A stretch of DNA of 64,000 nucleotides, from assembly GCA_031258965.1 (NCBI GenBank), contig JAIRMC010000033.1:982-64981 (forward strand), in the 5' to 3' direction. A model generated the notes under the pieces. That model saw only the letters and a list, made by a program, of their open reading frames with translations. It was not told where the DNA came from and searched no databases. Source of the stretch: Azoarcus sp. Lineage in GTDB: Bacteria; Pseudomonadota; Gammaproteobacteria; Burkholderiales; Rhodocyclaceae. Below are positions 1-9,300 of the stretch, one piece after another (within the stretch, counting starts at the first letter, position 1; each line of letters begins with the position of its first letter). The position numbers and the translations under genes were made by a program.

Positions 1-67
1 GAACGAAGGCCAGGATGATGCCAGCCGAGATGGCGTGCCGCCAGCGGCGGAACCTGTTGCCGTTCAT
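1..67 (-). CDS. 5' end of a membrane protein running off the window, probably NapC (tetraheme quinol dehydrogenase)
   Basis: ATG at 67-65 preceded by GAGGGG. Reads MNGNRFRRWRHAISAGIILAFV (basic N-terminus then hydrophobic stretch). Its position after napB matches the napFDAGHBC order. Only 22 codons are visible and it is not in the ORF track. Confidence 0.5.
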   Translation of the reverse strand, partial: MNGNRFRRWRHAISAGIILAFV

Positions 68-86
68 GTGTAGCCCCTCGCGGTTT

Positions 87-551
87 TCAGCGCGCGCCTG
101 TCGGGCGCTGGTAGGTATTGGCGATCAGGGGTCTGGCATCGACTTGCGGGACGTGGCATTGCAGGCAGAAGTAGCGCCGAGGCGAGACGTTGGGGAGTTC
201 CTGCCCGTCGGCGGCCTGGAAATGGCTTTGCGAAACTTTGGTGGCTTTTTCCTTGCGGTAGTTTTCCCAGGAATGGCAGTCCAGGCATTTGTTGAAGTTC
301 CGGGTAACGGGGTAATCGTCTACCGCGTGCGACACCAGGGGCGGCTGTTGCGTGAAGTCGCGGTCCAGCGGCGCGCTTTCGATGGCTTTCTTGAGCGCAT
401 CGCCGCCGCTGGAGGTGGATGTCGGGATGGGCGCGCCGCGCAGGGTGGCGAGGCCGCCGCTGTCGTCGTTGGCGGCGATGGATGTCGCACAGGAAAGCAG
501 CAGACCGGCCAGCATGGCAGCCGGGAAAGCGGTCAGGAGGCGGATTTTCAT
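87..551 (-). CDS. napB: Periplasmic nitrate reductase diheme cytochrome c subunit
   Basis: Signal peptide, two CxxCH motifs (CLDCH, CLQCH), typical PPLVSH and SPRRYFCLQCHVPQ motifs; nap context. Confidence 0.95.
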   Translation of the reverse strand: MKIRLLTAFPAAMLAGLLLSCATSIAANDDSGGLATLRGAPIPTSTSSGGDALKKAIESAPLDRDFTQQPPLVSHAVDDYPVTRNFNKCLDCHSWENYRKEKATKVSQSHFQAADGQELPNVSPRRYFCLQCHVPQVDARPLIANTYQRPTGAR

Positions 552-1423
552 GATGAACTCCTACGGTCGAAGCGGTGGGTGAACCTGAAGACCTTCTGGC
601 CGCAGATGTCGATGCAGCGGCCACAGGTCGTACAGAGGGCGTCGAGGATGACGGGACTTTCCTGCCCCGCTTTTTTGAGGGCGGGCCGGATGACGCGAGG
701 TTCGGGACAGACGGCGAAGCAGTCCATGCAGTCGTCGCAGGCGTCCCGCCTCGGAGCGGCCACGCGCGGGAGGGCGGTTTTGCCGATCAAGCTGTAGAAC
801 GCGCCCATCGGACAAAGATGCCCGCACCAGCCACGGCTGGCGACGAGCAGATCGTAGAAAAATACGGCGGCGAGAAACCATAGCCCCGCGCCCATGCCGA
901 AAAGCAGGCCGCGATGGGCGAGCGACACGGGGTTGACCCATTCCCATGCCAGCGCGCCGGTCGCGGCGGCGGCGGCGAGGGTGCCGGCCAGCAACCAATA
1001 GCGGGTGCGAGCGTCGGGGATGTGATTGGCTTTGACGGCAAGGCGGCGGCGCGTCCAGGCGGCGGCATCCGTGAGGATGTTGACCGGGCAAACCCAGGCG
1101 CAGAACACGCGCCCGCCGACAAGGAAGTAAAAAGCCGTCACGATGAGCGCGCCGGTGACAGCGGTGGCGGTGGGCATGAAGCCCGCCGCCAGCATTTGCA
1201 GCAACAAATAGGGGTCGGTGAGGGGCAGGATGTCGAGCGTGAGGCTGGAGGAAAGGTTGCCTTTGACGATCCAGACGCCGAACCACGGCCCGGCAAGGAA
1301 AAGACCGAGGATGCCCGCCTGGGAGATGCGGCGCAGCAACAGCCATTTGTGGGCCGCGAGCCAGCCTTTCCGGGCGATGGCGTCCTGTCCGGGCTGCGGG
1401 GCCGGGCGGCGGGCGGCGTTCAT
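548..1423 (-). CDS. napH: Quinol dehydrogenase membrane ferredoxin subunit
   Basis: [10 protein letters not shown] and RGWCGHLCP motifs, several TM segments, C-terminal CxxCxxCxxxCP and [11 protein letters not shown] clusters. Start placed at MNAARR (the ORF track starts 9 nt earlier). Confidence 0.93.
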   Translation of the reverse strand: MNAARRPAPQPGQDAIARKGWLAAHKWLLLRRISQAGILGLFLAGPWFGVWIVKGNLSSSLTLDILPLTDPYLLLQMLAAGFMPTATAVTGALIVTAFYFLVGGRVFCAWVCPVNILTDAAAWTRRRLAVKANHIPDARTRYWLLAGTLAAAAATGALAWEWVNPVSLAHRGLLFGMGAGLWFLAAVFFYDLLVASRGWCGHLCPMGAFYSLIGKTALPRVAAPRRDACDDCMDCFAVCPEPRVIRPALKKAGQESPVILDALCTTCGRCIDICGQKVFRFTHRFDRRSSS

Positions 1424-2280
1424 GGCTTCCACCCGGAATCAATGCCGTCCAGGGCGGATCCGGCAGGGGGCGGGGGGGCGGTGTCGTCGACCCGCGAGTC
1501 GCCGTAAGGCTTGCCTTCCAGACCGCGCACGGGCAGTTCCAGTTGGTCGCCGATCAGGGAGCCGCCGTGTTTTTCCCGCTCTTCCCATCCCTTGCGGTAG
1601 TGCTCGCCGAGTTTGCCTTGCGCCAGCGGGGCAGGCAGTACCTTGATGGCCGCTTCGGCCAGCACGCAGGCGGCCTCGCATTTGCCGCAGCCGGTGCAAT
1701 GCGCCGAGTGTACGGTGGGCAACAGCATGGCGTGGCGATCCGAACGGACGTTGTGCTGTTTTTCCAAGGTGATGGCCTGGTCGATGACCGGGCAGACGCG
1801 ATAGCACACGTCGCAGCGCAGGCCAAGGAAGTTGAGGCAGGTTTCCTGGTCGATCAGCACGGCCAGCCCCATGCGGGCGTCGGCGATGTCGGTGAGGGCC
1901 GGGTCCAGCGCGCCTGTGGGGCACGGTTTGATGCAGGGAATGTCCTCGCACATTTCACAGGGAATGTTCCGGGCCGTGAAATAGGGTGTGCCGGTCGGGG
2001 CGGGGTCTCCCGGCGCGGCAAGTTTCAGGATGTCGTAGGGGCAGTCCCGCACGCACAGGCCGCAGCGCGTACAGGCGGCCAGGAACTGGTTTTCCGGCAG
2101 CGCGCCAGGGGGGCGCAGGGCCTGCGCGGCCAGCGCGCGGGACTGGGTAGCGTAAAGCCCCGCGCCCAGCGCCATGAGGCAGCCGCTCCCCGCCGCGCCC
2201 GCCAGCCCGGTCAGGAATCTGCGGCGCGCCGGAGAAGGATGGGTTTTCTCCGGCATGGCGGCAGGTTTTCCGGCGCTCAT
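1420..2280 (-). CDS. napG: Periplasmic ferredoxin (MauM/NapG family)
   Basis: Tat motif ARRRFL, LRPPGA motif and four 4Fe-4S Cys motifs. Confidence 0.95.
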   Translation of the reverse strand: MSAGKPAAMPEKTHPSPARRRFLTGLAGAAGSGCLMALGAGLYATQSRALAAQALRPPGALPENQFLAACTRCGLCVRDCPYDILKLAAPGDPAPTGTPYFTARNIPCEMCEDIPCIKPCPTGALDPALTDIADARMGLAVLIDQETCLNFLGLRCDVCYRVCPVIDQAITLEKQHNVRSDRHAMLLPTVHSAHCTGCGKCEAACVLAEAAIKVLPAPLAQGKLGEHYRKGWEEREKHGGSLIGDQLELPVRGLEGKPYGDSRVDDTAPPPPAGSALDGIDSGWKP

Positions 2281-2319
2281 TTTTCGGCGCTCCCAGGACG
2301 TTTCGTTACAGCAACGGAC

Positions 2320-4860
2320 TCAGGCCCGCACGACCTTGACGGCGCATTTCTTGAAGTCCGTTTCCTTGGAGAGCGGGCAGGTGGCATCCAGCGTGAGCTT
2401 GTTGACGAGCTTGGCTTCGTCGAAGAAGGGCACGAACACCAGCCCCCTGGGCGGTTTATTCCGGCCTTTCGTTTCGACCTGCAAGGTGATTTCGCCCCGG
2501 CGGGAGATGACTTTCACCTTCATGCCCCGTTGCAGCTTGCGCGCCTTGGCGTCGTCCGGATGCATGAACACGACCGCTTCCGGCACGGCGCGGTGCAGTT
2601 CGGGCACGCGCTGCGTCATGGAGCCGGTATGCCAGTGCTCCAGCACCCGGCCCGTGGACATCCACAGGTCGTATTCTTTGTCCGGCACTTCCACGGGCGG
2701 CTGGTAAGGCAGGGCGAAGATGACCGCCTTGCCGTCCTTGTGACCGTAGAACTTGACGCTTTCATTCTTGGCCACATAGGGGTCGTAGCCTTCGCGGAAG
2801 CGCCAGAGCGTTTCCTTGCCCTTGACGACCGGCCAGCGCAGGCCACGCGATTTGTGATAGGCGTCGAAATGCGCGAGGTCGTGATGGTGCTTCCTGCCAA
2901 AACCCGCGTATTCCTCGAACAGCCCTTTTTGCACGTAGAAACCAAAATGATCGGACTCGTCATTGGCGTAGTCCTTGATGGCGTGCGCATTGACCGTAGC
3001 GACTTCCGTCTTGGAGTATTTGGTGATGTCCTTGTTGGCGAAAAGCACGTCGTAGAGCGTCCTGCCCCGATACTCCGGCTTTTTGTCGACCAGCTCGGAA
3101 GGCCAGACCTCCTCGACCTTGAAGCGTTTGGCAAATTCCAAATATTGCCACAGGTCGGAACGGGCCTCGCCCGGCGCCTTGACCTGCTGGCGCCAGAACT
3201 GGGTGCGCCGTTCGGCATTGCCATACGCGCCTTCCTTTTCCGCCCACATGGCCGTGGGCAGGATCAGGTCGGCGGCCATGGCCGACACCGTGGGGTAGAC
3301 GTCGGAAACCACCACGAAGGCAGCGGGGTTGCGCCAGCCGGGGTAGATTTCATCGTTGATGTTCGGCCCAGCCTGCATGTTGTTGGTCGTGGACGTCCAG
3401 TAGCATTTCAGCTTGCCATCTTTCAGGGCGCGGCTTTGCGCCACGGCGTGCAGCCCCACCTTGGGGGGAATCGTGCCTTCGGGCAGTTGCCAGAGGGCTT
3501 CCGTCCGTTTCCGGTGTTCTGGATTGCCGACCACCATGTCGGCGGGCAGCCGGTGCGCGAAGGTGCCGACTTCCCGCGCCGTACCACAGGCGGACGGCTG
3601 GCCGGTAAGCGAGAAGGGGCCGCAGCCGGGTTTGGAAATCTTGCCGGTAAGCAGGTGCACGTTGTAGATCAGGTTGTTGACCCAGGTGCCGCGCGTGTGC
3701 TGGTTGACGCCCATCGTCCAGAAGGACACCACTTTCTTCGCCGGATCGGCGTACAACTCGGCCAGCCTTTTCAGGTTTTCGGCGGGCACGCCGGAGAGCG
3801 CGACGGTTTTCTCCAGGGTGTATTCGGAGACGAAGCTGGCGAATGCCTCGAAGCTGATGCCCTCGGCCTTGCCCGCGTCGCCCTTGGGCTTGCCATCCGG
3901 GCCGTCGTAGCCATTGCTGGTGGCCTTTTGCTCGACCGGGTTGTTCGGGCGCAGGCCATAGCCGATGTCGGTTGCGCCTTTCTTGAAGTTGACATGCTTG
4001 TTGACGAAGTGGGTGTCGACCTTCTTCGTCTGGATGATGTAGTTGCAGATGTAATTCAGGATCGCCAGATCGGTCTGCGGGTGGAAGATCATCGGGTTGT
4101 CGGCCAGCTCGAAGGAACGGTGCTCGAAGGTCGAGAGCACGTGGACTTCGCTTTTTTCATGCGTCAGGCGGCGATCGGTGACGCGCGACCAGAGTACCGG
4201 GTGCATTTCGGCCATGTTGGAACCCCAAAGCACGAAGGCGTCGGCGTTCTCGATGTCGTCGTAACAGCCCATCGGCTCGTCGATGCCGAACGTCCGCATG
4301 AAGCCGACCACGGCAGAGGCCATGCAGTGACGGGCATTCGGATCGAGATTGTTGGAGCGGAAGCCCGCCTTCATCAGCTTCGCGGCGGCGTAGCCTTCCC
4401 AGATCGTCCACTGCCCGGAGCCGAACATCGCAACGGAAGCCGGGCCGGAAGGAGACTTCAAGGCTTCCTTCCATTTTTCCGCCATGATGTCGAAAGCCTC
4501 GTTCCACGTGACGGGCGTGAACGCGCCTTCCTTGTCGTACTTGCCGTTTTTCTTGCGCAATAGCGGCTGTGTGAGGCGATCCTTGCCGTACATGATCTTG
4601 GACAGGAAATAGCCCTTGATACAGTTCAGGCCACGGTTTACCGGCGCGTCCGGGTCGCCCTGGGTAGCGACGAGCTTGCCGTTCTGCACCCCCGCCAGCA
4701 CCGAACAGCCGGTACCGCAGAAACGACAGGGGATTTTGTCCCATCGGATGACCTTGTCGGCGGCGGCGGGCGCGGCGGCCGCTGGAAGCGATATACCAGC
4801 GGTCGCGGCGGCCGCGGCAACTGCCTGGGTTTTCAGGAATTCACGACGATCCATGGACAT
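2320..4860 (-). CDS. napA: Periplasmic nitrate reductase catalytic molybdoprotein
   Basis: Start [10 protein letters not shown] (Tat signal) after a [17 protein letters not shown]...CIKG 4Fe-4S motif, NARHCMAS Mo-ligand motif, C-terminal DFKKCAVKV. Confidence 0.98.
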   Translation of the reverse strand: MSMDRREFLKTQAVAAAAATAGISLPAAAAPAAADKVIRWDKIPCRFCGTGCSVLAGVQNGKLVATQGDPDAPVNRGLNCIKGYFLSKIMYGKDRLTQPLLRKKNGKYDKEGAFTPVTWNEAFDIMAEKWKEALKSPSGPASVAMFGSGQWTIWEGYAAAKLMKAGFRSNNLDPNARHCMASAVVGFMRTFGIDEPMGCYDDIENADAFVLWGSNMAEMHPVLWSRVTDRRLTHEKSEVHVLSTFEHRSFELADNPMIFHPQTDLAILNYICNYIIQTKKVDTHFVNKHVNFKKGATDIGYGLRPNNPVEQKATSNGYDGPDGKPKGDAGKAEGISFEAFASFVSEYTLEKTVALSGVPAENLKRLAELYADPAKKVVSFWTMGVNQHTRGTWVNNLIYNVHLLTGKISKPGCGPFSLTGQPSACGTAREVGTFAHRLPADMVVGNPEHRKRTEALWQLPEGTIPPKVGLHAVAQSRALKDGKLKCYWTSTTNNMQAGPNINDEIYPGWRNPAAFVVVSDVYPTVSAMAADLILPTAMWAEKEGAYGNAERRTQFWRQQVKAPGEARSDLWQYLEFAKRFKVEEVWPSELVDKKPEYRGRTLYDVLFANKDITKYSKTEVATVNAHAIKDYANDESDHFGFYVQKGLFEEYAGFGRKHHHDLAHFDAYHKSRGLRWPVVKGKETLWRFREGYDPYVAKNESVKFYGHKDGKAVIFALPYQPPVEVPDKEYDLWMSTGRVLEHWHTGSMTQRVPELHRAVPEAVVFMHPDDAKARKLQRGMKVKVISRRGEITLQVETKGRNKPPRGLVFVPFFDEAKLVNKLTLDATCPLSKETDFKKCAVKVVRA

Positions 4861-4861
4861 G

Positions 4862-5113
4862 TCAGGCCTCCTCGGGCGTAAGCATTTCATCTGAATATTC
4901 ATAGGAAAGGGTGACGGACATGAGGTGCGCCACCTGGTGGACTTGCAGGATAGAGTCGGAGACGGCATAACCGGGGCCGTCTTCCAGCAAGACGATCATT
5001 CGCCCGTCGCCGCTGTCGGCCGCGACGCTGGCGCCGGGCACTGCTTCCACCGCCTTTTTGACTTCGGCGGCGTGGCGGGGCGGAAACTTAAGCACGAGAC
5101 TGACGATTTTCAT
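4862..5113 (-). CDS. napD: NapA signal-peptide chaperone
   Basis: 83-aa protein (MKIVSLVL...GRMIVLLE...VTLSYEY) between napF and napA. True start at MKIVS, overlapping the napF stop. Confidence 0.88.
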   Translation of the reverse strand: MKIVSLVLKFPPRHAAEVKKAVEAVPGASVAADSGDGRMIVLLEDGPGYAVSDSILQVHQVAHLMSVTLSYEYSDEMLTPEEA

Positions 5114-5670
5114 GGGCGGTTTCCCGTCGAGGCGGCGGCGGCGGAAAGCCGTGAATCGCCCGTGCGCATGGAGATGGCCCGCGCCGGGCAGACCGCCACG
5201 CATTCGCCGCAGCCCGTGCATAGCGAGGCATCGACATCCGGCTGTGCCGGGCGGCCCGGACGCGGGGGAAAACGGATGGCGCCGACTTCGCAATGCTCAC
5301 CGCAGCTTCGACAGAGTACGCCCTGCCGAGGCAGGCAGGCCGCGCCGACGACGGCCACGAGCGGCCAGGGCGGGAGATCGGGGGAGAAACGCAGGGCGGG
5401 CGGGCGGCGGGCGGCGGTCTTGTGCGCCGCCATCGTACAGGCGCGGGCGCAATCCGCACAAAACGTACAGTGCCCCCGCGAGAAATCGGCCTCGGGAAAG
5501 CCCCCCGCGCCCTGCACGAGCAAACCCTTGGGACAGGCCGCGATGCAATCGCCGCAACGCTCGCAGGCTCGATGAAATACCGCCTCACTCACCGCCCAGG
5601 GCGGACGATATGGCGCTTCGAGCCGATACGGACGCTGGCCGAGCAAAAAGGCTCTGCGGCCAATATCCAT
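5110..5670 (-). CDS. napF: Ferredoxin-type protein
   Basis: RPPWA motif, CERCGDCIAACP, CTFCADC, CRSCGEHC, CTGCGECVAVCP; first gene of the nap operon. Confidence 0.92.
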   Translation of the reverse strand: MDIGRRAFLLGQRPYRLEAPYRPPWAVSEAVFHRACERCGDCIAACPKGLLVQGAGGFPEADFSRGHCTFCADCARACTMAAHKTAARRPPALRFSPDLPPWPLVAVVGAACLPRQGVLCRSCGEHCEVGAIRFPPRPGRPAQPDVDASLCTGCGECVAVCPARAISMRTGDSRLSAAAASTGNRP

Positions 5671-5985
5671 TATCCCTCCTGTCCGCTAATTTCGTGACAT
5701 GTTAATCGAAGCGCGATTTAGCGGCAACCGCCGAGGTAAGGATTTCTTATTGCCTGTTTTTATGGTGTTCCGGAACGACGGCGAACGTAGTGGCGTCCAT
5801 TGTCTTGAAGATGCTTATCTTGAACATACCGACTATCCAGTCTCATGACCGGGGCGCGGCGATATTTCATCCGGCGCGATGTTCTCGACGAATAGCGGTA
5901 CGTTTATTCTTTGTCCAGCTATTGCAGGACTTCGCCGCGATGGGAATTTCCGTGGCTATATAGCGCATCGCTGCCAAGAAATGCC

Positions 5986-6453
5986 TCAGGCCGTACGCTG
6001 GATGTCGACGACGACGGATGCCCGGTACTGTTTCCACTTCACGAGAATGACGTAAGAATGAGGCGAGACGACGGAGTTCAGCCAGTCGTGCTCGGTGACT
6101 TGCGTGACCGGCACCGAAATCTGCATGGCTTCCCCGAAGTGCTTGCGCGCGTTGCCGGAAATGGTATTGGCAATTTCGCCGACTGCGTCCAGCAGGCGAT
6201 CATCGTCGCGCTCCAGCTCGTGCATGGCGAGCAAAAGATGCGCGACCATGACGCGGGGGGCCGAAAAGTAGACGCGACCGGAAAAATCCCCGGAAAGCGT
6301 GATGTAGCTGGTCAGGTCGAACGTGGAAGCCTGGATTTCGCCTTCCACCAGATAAGCAGCCCGGATTTCCACCTTTTCGTTGGTGGTATGGAAAAAGAAG
6401 GAACCGACCGCATCCACGAAACTGCGAATATCGTTGTCGTTTATGCTTTTCAT
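5986..6453 (-). CDS. CheX-like phosphatase
   Basis: 155 aa with GEIANTISGN (ExxN CheC/CheX catalytic motif) and the ISVP strand; overlaps the receiver gene by 4 nt. Confidence 0.85.
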   Translation of the reverse strand: MKSINDNDIRSFVDAVGSFFFHTTNEKVEIRAAYLVEGEIQASTFDLTSYITLSGDFSGRVYFSAPRVMVAHLLLAMHELERDDDRLLDAVGEIANTISGNARKHFGEAMQISVPVTQVTEHDWLNSVVSPHSYVILVKWKQYRASVVVDIQRTA

Positions 6454-6830
6454 GAATTTGTAAGCTCCAGGAAGGCCGCTATCAATTCTTCGTCGGTAAA
6501 CGGCTTGTAAAGAAAGCCCTTTGCCCCTTTTTTAAGGGTTTTCAGGGCGGTGGCTTTGTCACTCAACGCGGAAATGACGAGGATGCTGCACTCCGGGCGC
6601 AGACTGATCATCTTCTCCGTGCAGTCGACGCCGTCCATTTCCGGCATGGTGATGTCCATCGTCACGATGTCCGGAGCCTGTTGCAGATAGAGCGTGATGG
6701 CTTCCACGCCGTTGCGGGCCATGCCGACCACGTTGATGTAGTTCAGTCGCGGATCGTTCAGGATGCGGGCGATACGGCTTCGGATAATCGCGGAGTCATC
6801 CACGATGAGGAGTTTCATATTTGTTTTCAT
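6450..6830 (-). CDS. Stand-alone CheY-like response regulator receiver
   Basis: LIVDDS, DIVTMDITMPEMDG (phospho-Asp), ISA and YKPF motifs; no output domain. Confidence 0.92.
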   Translation of the reverse strand: MKTNMKLLIVDDSAIIRSRIARILNDPRLNYINVVGMARNGVEAITLYLQQAPDIVTMDITMPEMDGVDCTEKMISLRPECSILVISALSDKATALKTLKKGAKGFLYKPFTDEELIAAFLELTNS

Positions 6831-8992
6831 CTCGCTGCGCTGAATTGGACGTGGAATTCTGTAAACATGCTCGGACTGCTCCTGACCCGCATGCGGCCAT
6901 GGATGGCCTTGACTTTTTCCATCACGGCGTCCAGTCCGACGCCATGTCCTGCATCCTTGTCCGCCACCGCCGCAGAGGATACACCCGGCTGGAAGATGAG
7001 TTTCGCAATTTCCGTATCGCTCAGCGCCGCCGCTTCCGTCATGCTCAAGCGACCGCTTTTCACCAGGCTGTTGCGCAGGCGTTCGGGCACGATGCCGCGC
7101 CCGTCGTCTCGCACGCTAAAGTCATAATCGCCATTGCCCAGGTATTTGCACCAGATGCACAGGGCGCCTATTTTTGGCTTGTTGTGGGCGACCCTTTCCT
7201 CCGGTATCTCGATGCCATGCGTCAGGGCATTGCGCACGAGCTGTATGGAAATGCCCTGTAATTCCTGGGTCACGTCCGGGGGCAGGGAGGAGAAGCCCTC
7301 GAGTTGGCAGGAGATTTCGATCTGCTTGCCGTGATCCGCGGCGATTCGCTGCGCCAGCGAGGTGATGTGGCCGACGAACGGATGCTGTGCCGGTTCCGCT
7401 GGCGTCAGGGTCTGCAAGACACTGTTTGTGTTTTCCGCGTACTTGTCGTCTTTCGCGCCATCCATGGGCGGCGGTTCCGCCTTTTTCATGCCCAGCGCGT
7501 CGGCGAGGCGCGTGACGATCGCGGCGAGCGAAGAATAGCGTTCGTAGAATCCTTCCAGCAACACGGCGATGCGCAATATCTGGTCGCCGCTCACGCCGTG
7601 GCCGCTTTCGCGCATGGCGACCAGTTCCTGTTCGCTCTCGTGCGCGTAATTTTCCAGGACATCGATGCCGAGCACCGCCGCTTCGCCCTTGATACCGTGG
7701 ATGATGCGCATGATGTAGTTTAGGGTGTGCAGGCGGGCGCGCTCGTCCTCCTGCGGCTGGCTCAGCTTTTCGTTGATTTGCGACAGGGATTGTCCTGTGT
7801 TGTCAATGAACTGCTGGAGCGAGGCGAAGTCGCTCCCCGCCAGGCGCAGCAGGGCCTCGATCTCGATCTTCGTCTTGCTCTTGGCTTGTTCGAGCTGCTG
7901 CATCAGCAGCACCTTGTCGGTCACGTCCTGTACCGTCACCAGCACATGGGAAATCGTGCCGTCCACAAGCGCGCGGTTGAAGAAAAAGGACAGGTAGCGG
8001 TTCTGGACAGTGCCGAATTTGTCCACCATGTTGACCGGCACATTGGTCAGCGGGTTGAGGCTGGTCACGAGAGACTCTTTCACCCGCTCGCCAAGCAGCA
8101 ATTCGATGTAATCCATCGCGGACTCGTAGATTTCCGGCGAAACCATGCTTTGAAGGATGGGCATGAAATCCATGCCAGGCTTGATTTCCCTGTGCAACAT
8201 TCTGGGCAGGGATTCCGAGAATTGCGTTCCCAGTTTTTTGTCTTTGCTTAAAAGAAACAACCCTTCGTGCACGGTGGCGAGGATTTCGACATTTTCGTTC
8301 CGCGATTCGGCCAGTTTCCTGTCGCCGCTCATCAGGTCGCGGATGGAAACAATGACAGTATACGTAAAATTCATGAACGCAATGACGAAACCCACGATCA
8401 GCACCATCCGGAGCATGTTCGCCCGTTTATTGGCGACGACCTCCAGATCGGTGGTCAAATCGTTCATCAGGCGCAGGACTTCCAAATTATTGTTCTGGGC
8501 ATAGGCAACCGCTTCTTCAAGCTGCGCGGCATTGTAATGTCGGCTGTTTTTCAGTAGCGGCTGTAATAGATCGAAATATCGGTCCCATATCGTGTAGGCA
8601 TCCGCCACAAGCTGGCGGGATATTTCCGTTTCGACCTGGGTCAGGAAAGCCGGTTTGCCGTCGCCGCCCGTCACCATGTCGCCATCGCGGAACCCTTTGA
8701 GGGTGGTGTTGAAAAGATTGACGGTCAGATCCAGCTCTTTCAGGTTGCGGACAATGCCCTCCTCGTCCTGCGCTTCCGTGCTGCGCTGTAGCAGCAACAA
8801 TACTTTGGTCATGCGCTGCGACAACATCCGTTGGCGTCCCGACAAATTGATCGAGACCGCGGATTCGTCCGCCTTGTAAGTGTTGTAGAAGTTGATGCCA
8901 ATTACTACCGAATCCGCAACAACAAACAGGATCACGGCGAGGATGATTTTGCGATATCTTGCAAAAATGCTTTGTCCGCTGTTCTTATCCAT
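6827..8992 (-). CDS. Membrane sensor kinase: periplasmic PilJ/NarX-type domain, PAS-like region, Hpt and CheA-type HATPase
   Basis: TM1 (IILAVILFVVADSVVIG), INLSGRQRMLSQRMTK motif, TM2, Hpt IIHGIKGEAAVLG, and CheA-like QLVRNALTHGIE, VRDDGRGI, IFQPGVSS, GHGVGLDAV boxes. No CheW domain at the C-terminus. Start placed at MDKNSG. Confidence 0.85.
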   Translation of the reverse strand: MDKNSGQSIFARYRKIILAVILFVVADSVVIGINFYNTYKADESAVSINLSGRQRMLSQRMTKVLLLLQRSTEAQDEEGIVRNLKELDLTVNLFNTTLKGFRDGDMVTGGDGKPAFLTQVETEISRQLVADAYTIWDRYFDLLQPLLKNSRHYNAAQLEEAVAYAQNNNLEVLRLMNDLTTDLEVVANKRANMLRMVLIVGFVIAFMNFTYTVIVSIRDLMSGDRKLAESRNENVEILATVHEGLFLLSKDKKLGTQFSESLPRMLHREIKPGMDFMPILQSMVSPEIYESAMDYIELLLGERVKESLVTSLNPLTNVPVNMVDKFGTVQNRYLSFFFNRALVDGTISHVLVTVQDVTDKVLLMQQLEQAKSKTKIEIEALLRLAGSDFASLQQFIDNTGQSLSQINEKLSQPQEDERARLHTLNYIMRIIHGIKGEAAVLGIDVLENYAHESEQELVAMRESGHGVSGDQILRIAVLLEGFYERYSSLAAIVTRLADALGMKKAEPPPMDGAKDDKYAENTNSVLQTLTPAEPAQHPFVGHITSLAQRIAADHGKQIEISCQLEGFSSLPPDVTQELQGISIQLVRNALTHGIEIPEERVAHNKPKIGALCIWCKYLGNGDYDFSVRDDGRGIVPERLRNSLVKSGRLSMTEAAALSDTEIAKLIFQPGVSSAAVADKDAGHGVGLDAVMEKVKAIHGRMRVRSSPSMFTEFHVQFSAAR

Positions 8993-9300
8993 GGAAAGCT
9001 CACGCGCGAAAAATTTGCCACTTATACGGAAACCGGCCAAAACAGCTTGCTCGGGGAAGGTCCGGTAATTTTAGTGTACGGGCAACTGTCGGAACGGAAG
9101 AAAATTGTACTGGTCGTTAAATTTACAGTGTATTGATTTGCCGTTCCCCCGAACCTGCGCGAATTCTCCCAACCAGGACAAACCTGACCAAGCGACTTCG
9201 CTCTTGGTAGCGCACTCGCCAGTCCGTGCCCTGCTTCGATGCCTGCCAGCCAGCCTTCCCGAGGCGCGCCGTTTCGCGCCGCCAAGGGCCGCGCGACGGT

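Noticed and set aside
1543-4563. 1006-aa ORF on the plus strand
   Set aside because: Antisense shadow of napA/napG caused by GC-rich codon bias; no motifs, and the opposite strand is clearly NapA.
5640-5670. Twin-arginine-like motif in NapF (GRRAFL)
   Set aside because: A known feature of NapF proteins, which are reported as cytoplasmic; not novel.
5671-5985. FNR, NarL/NarP or ModE sites upstream of napF
   Set aside because: No convincing TTGAT-N4-ATCAA or 7-2-7 match; the GCTATATAGC palindrome at about 5955 is too short to call.
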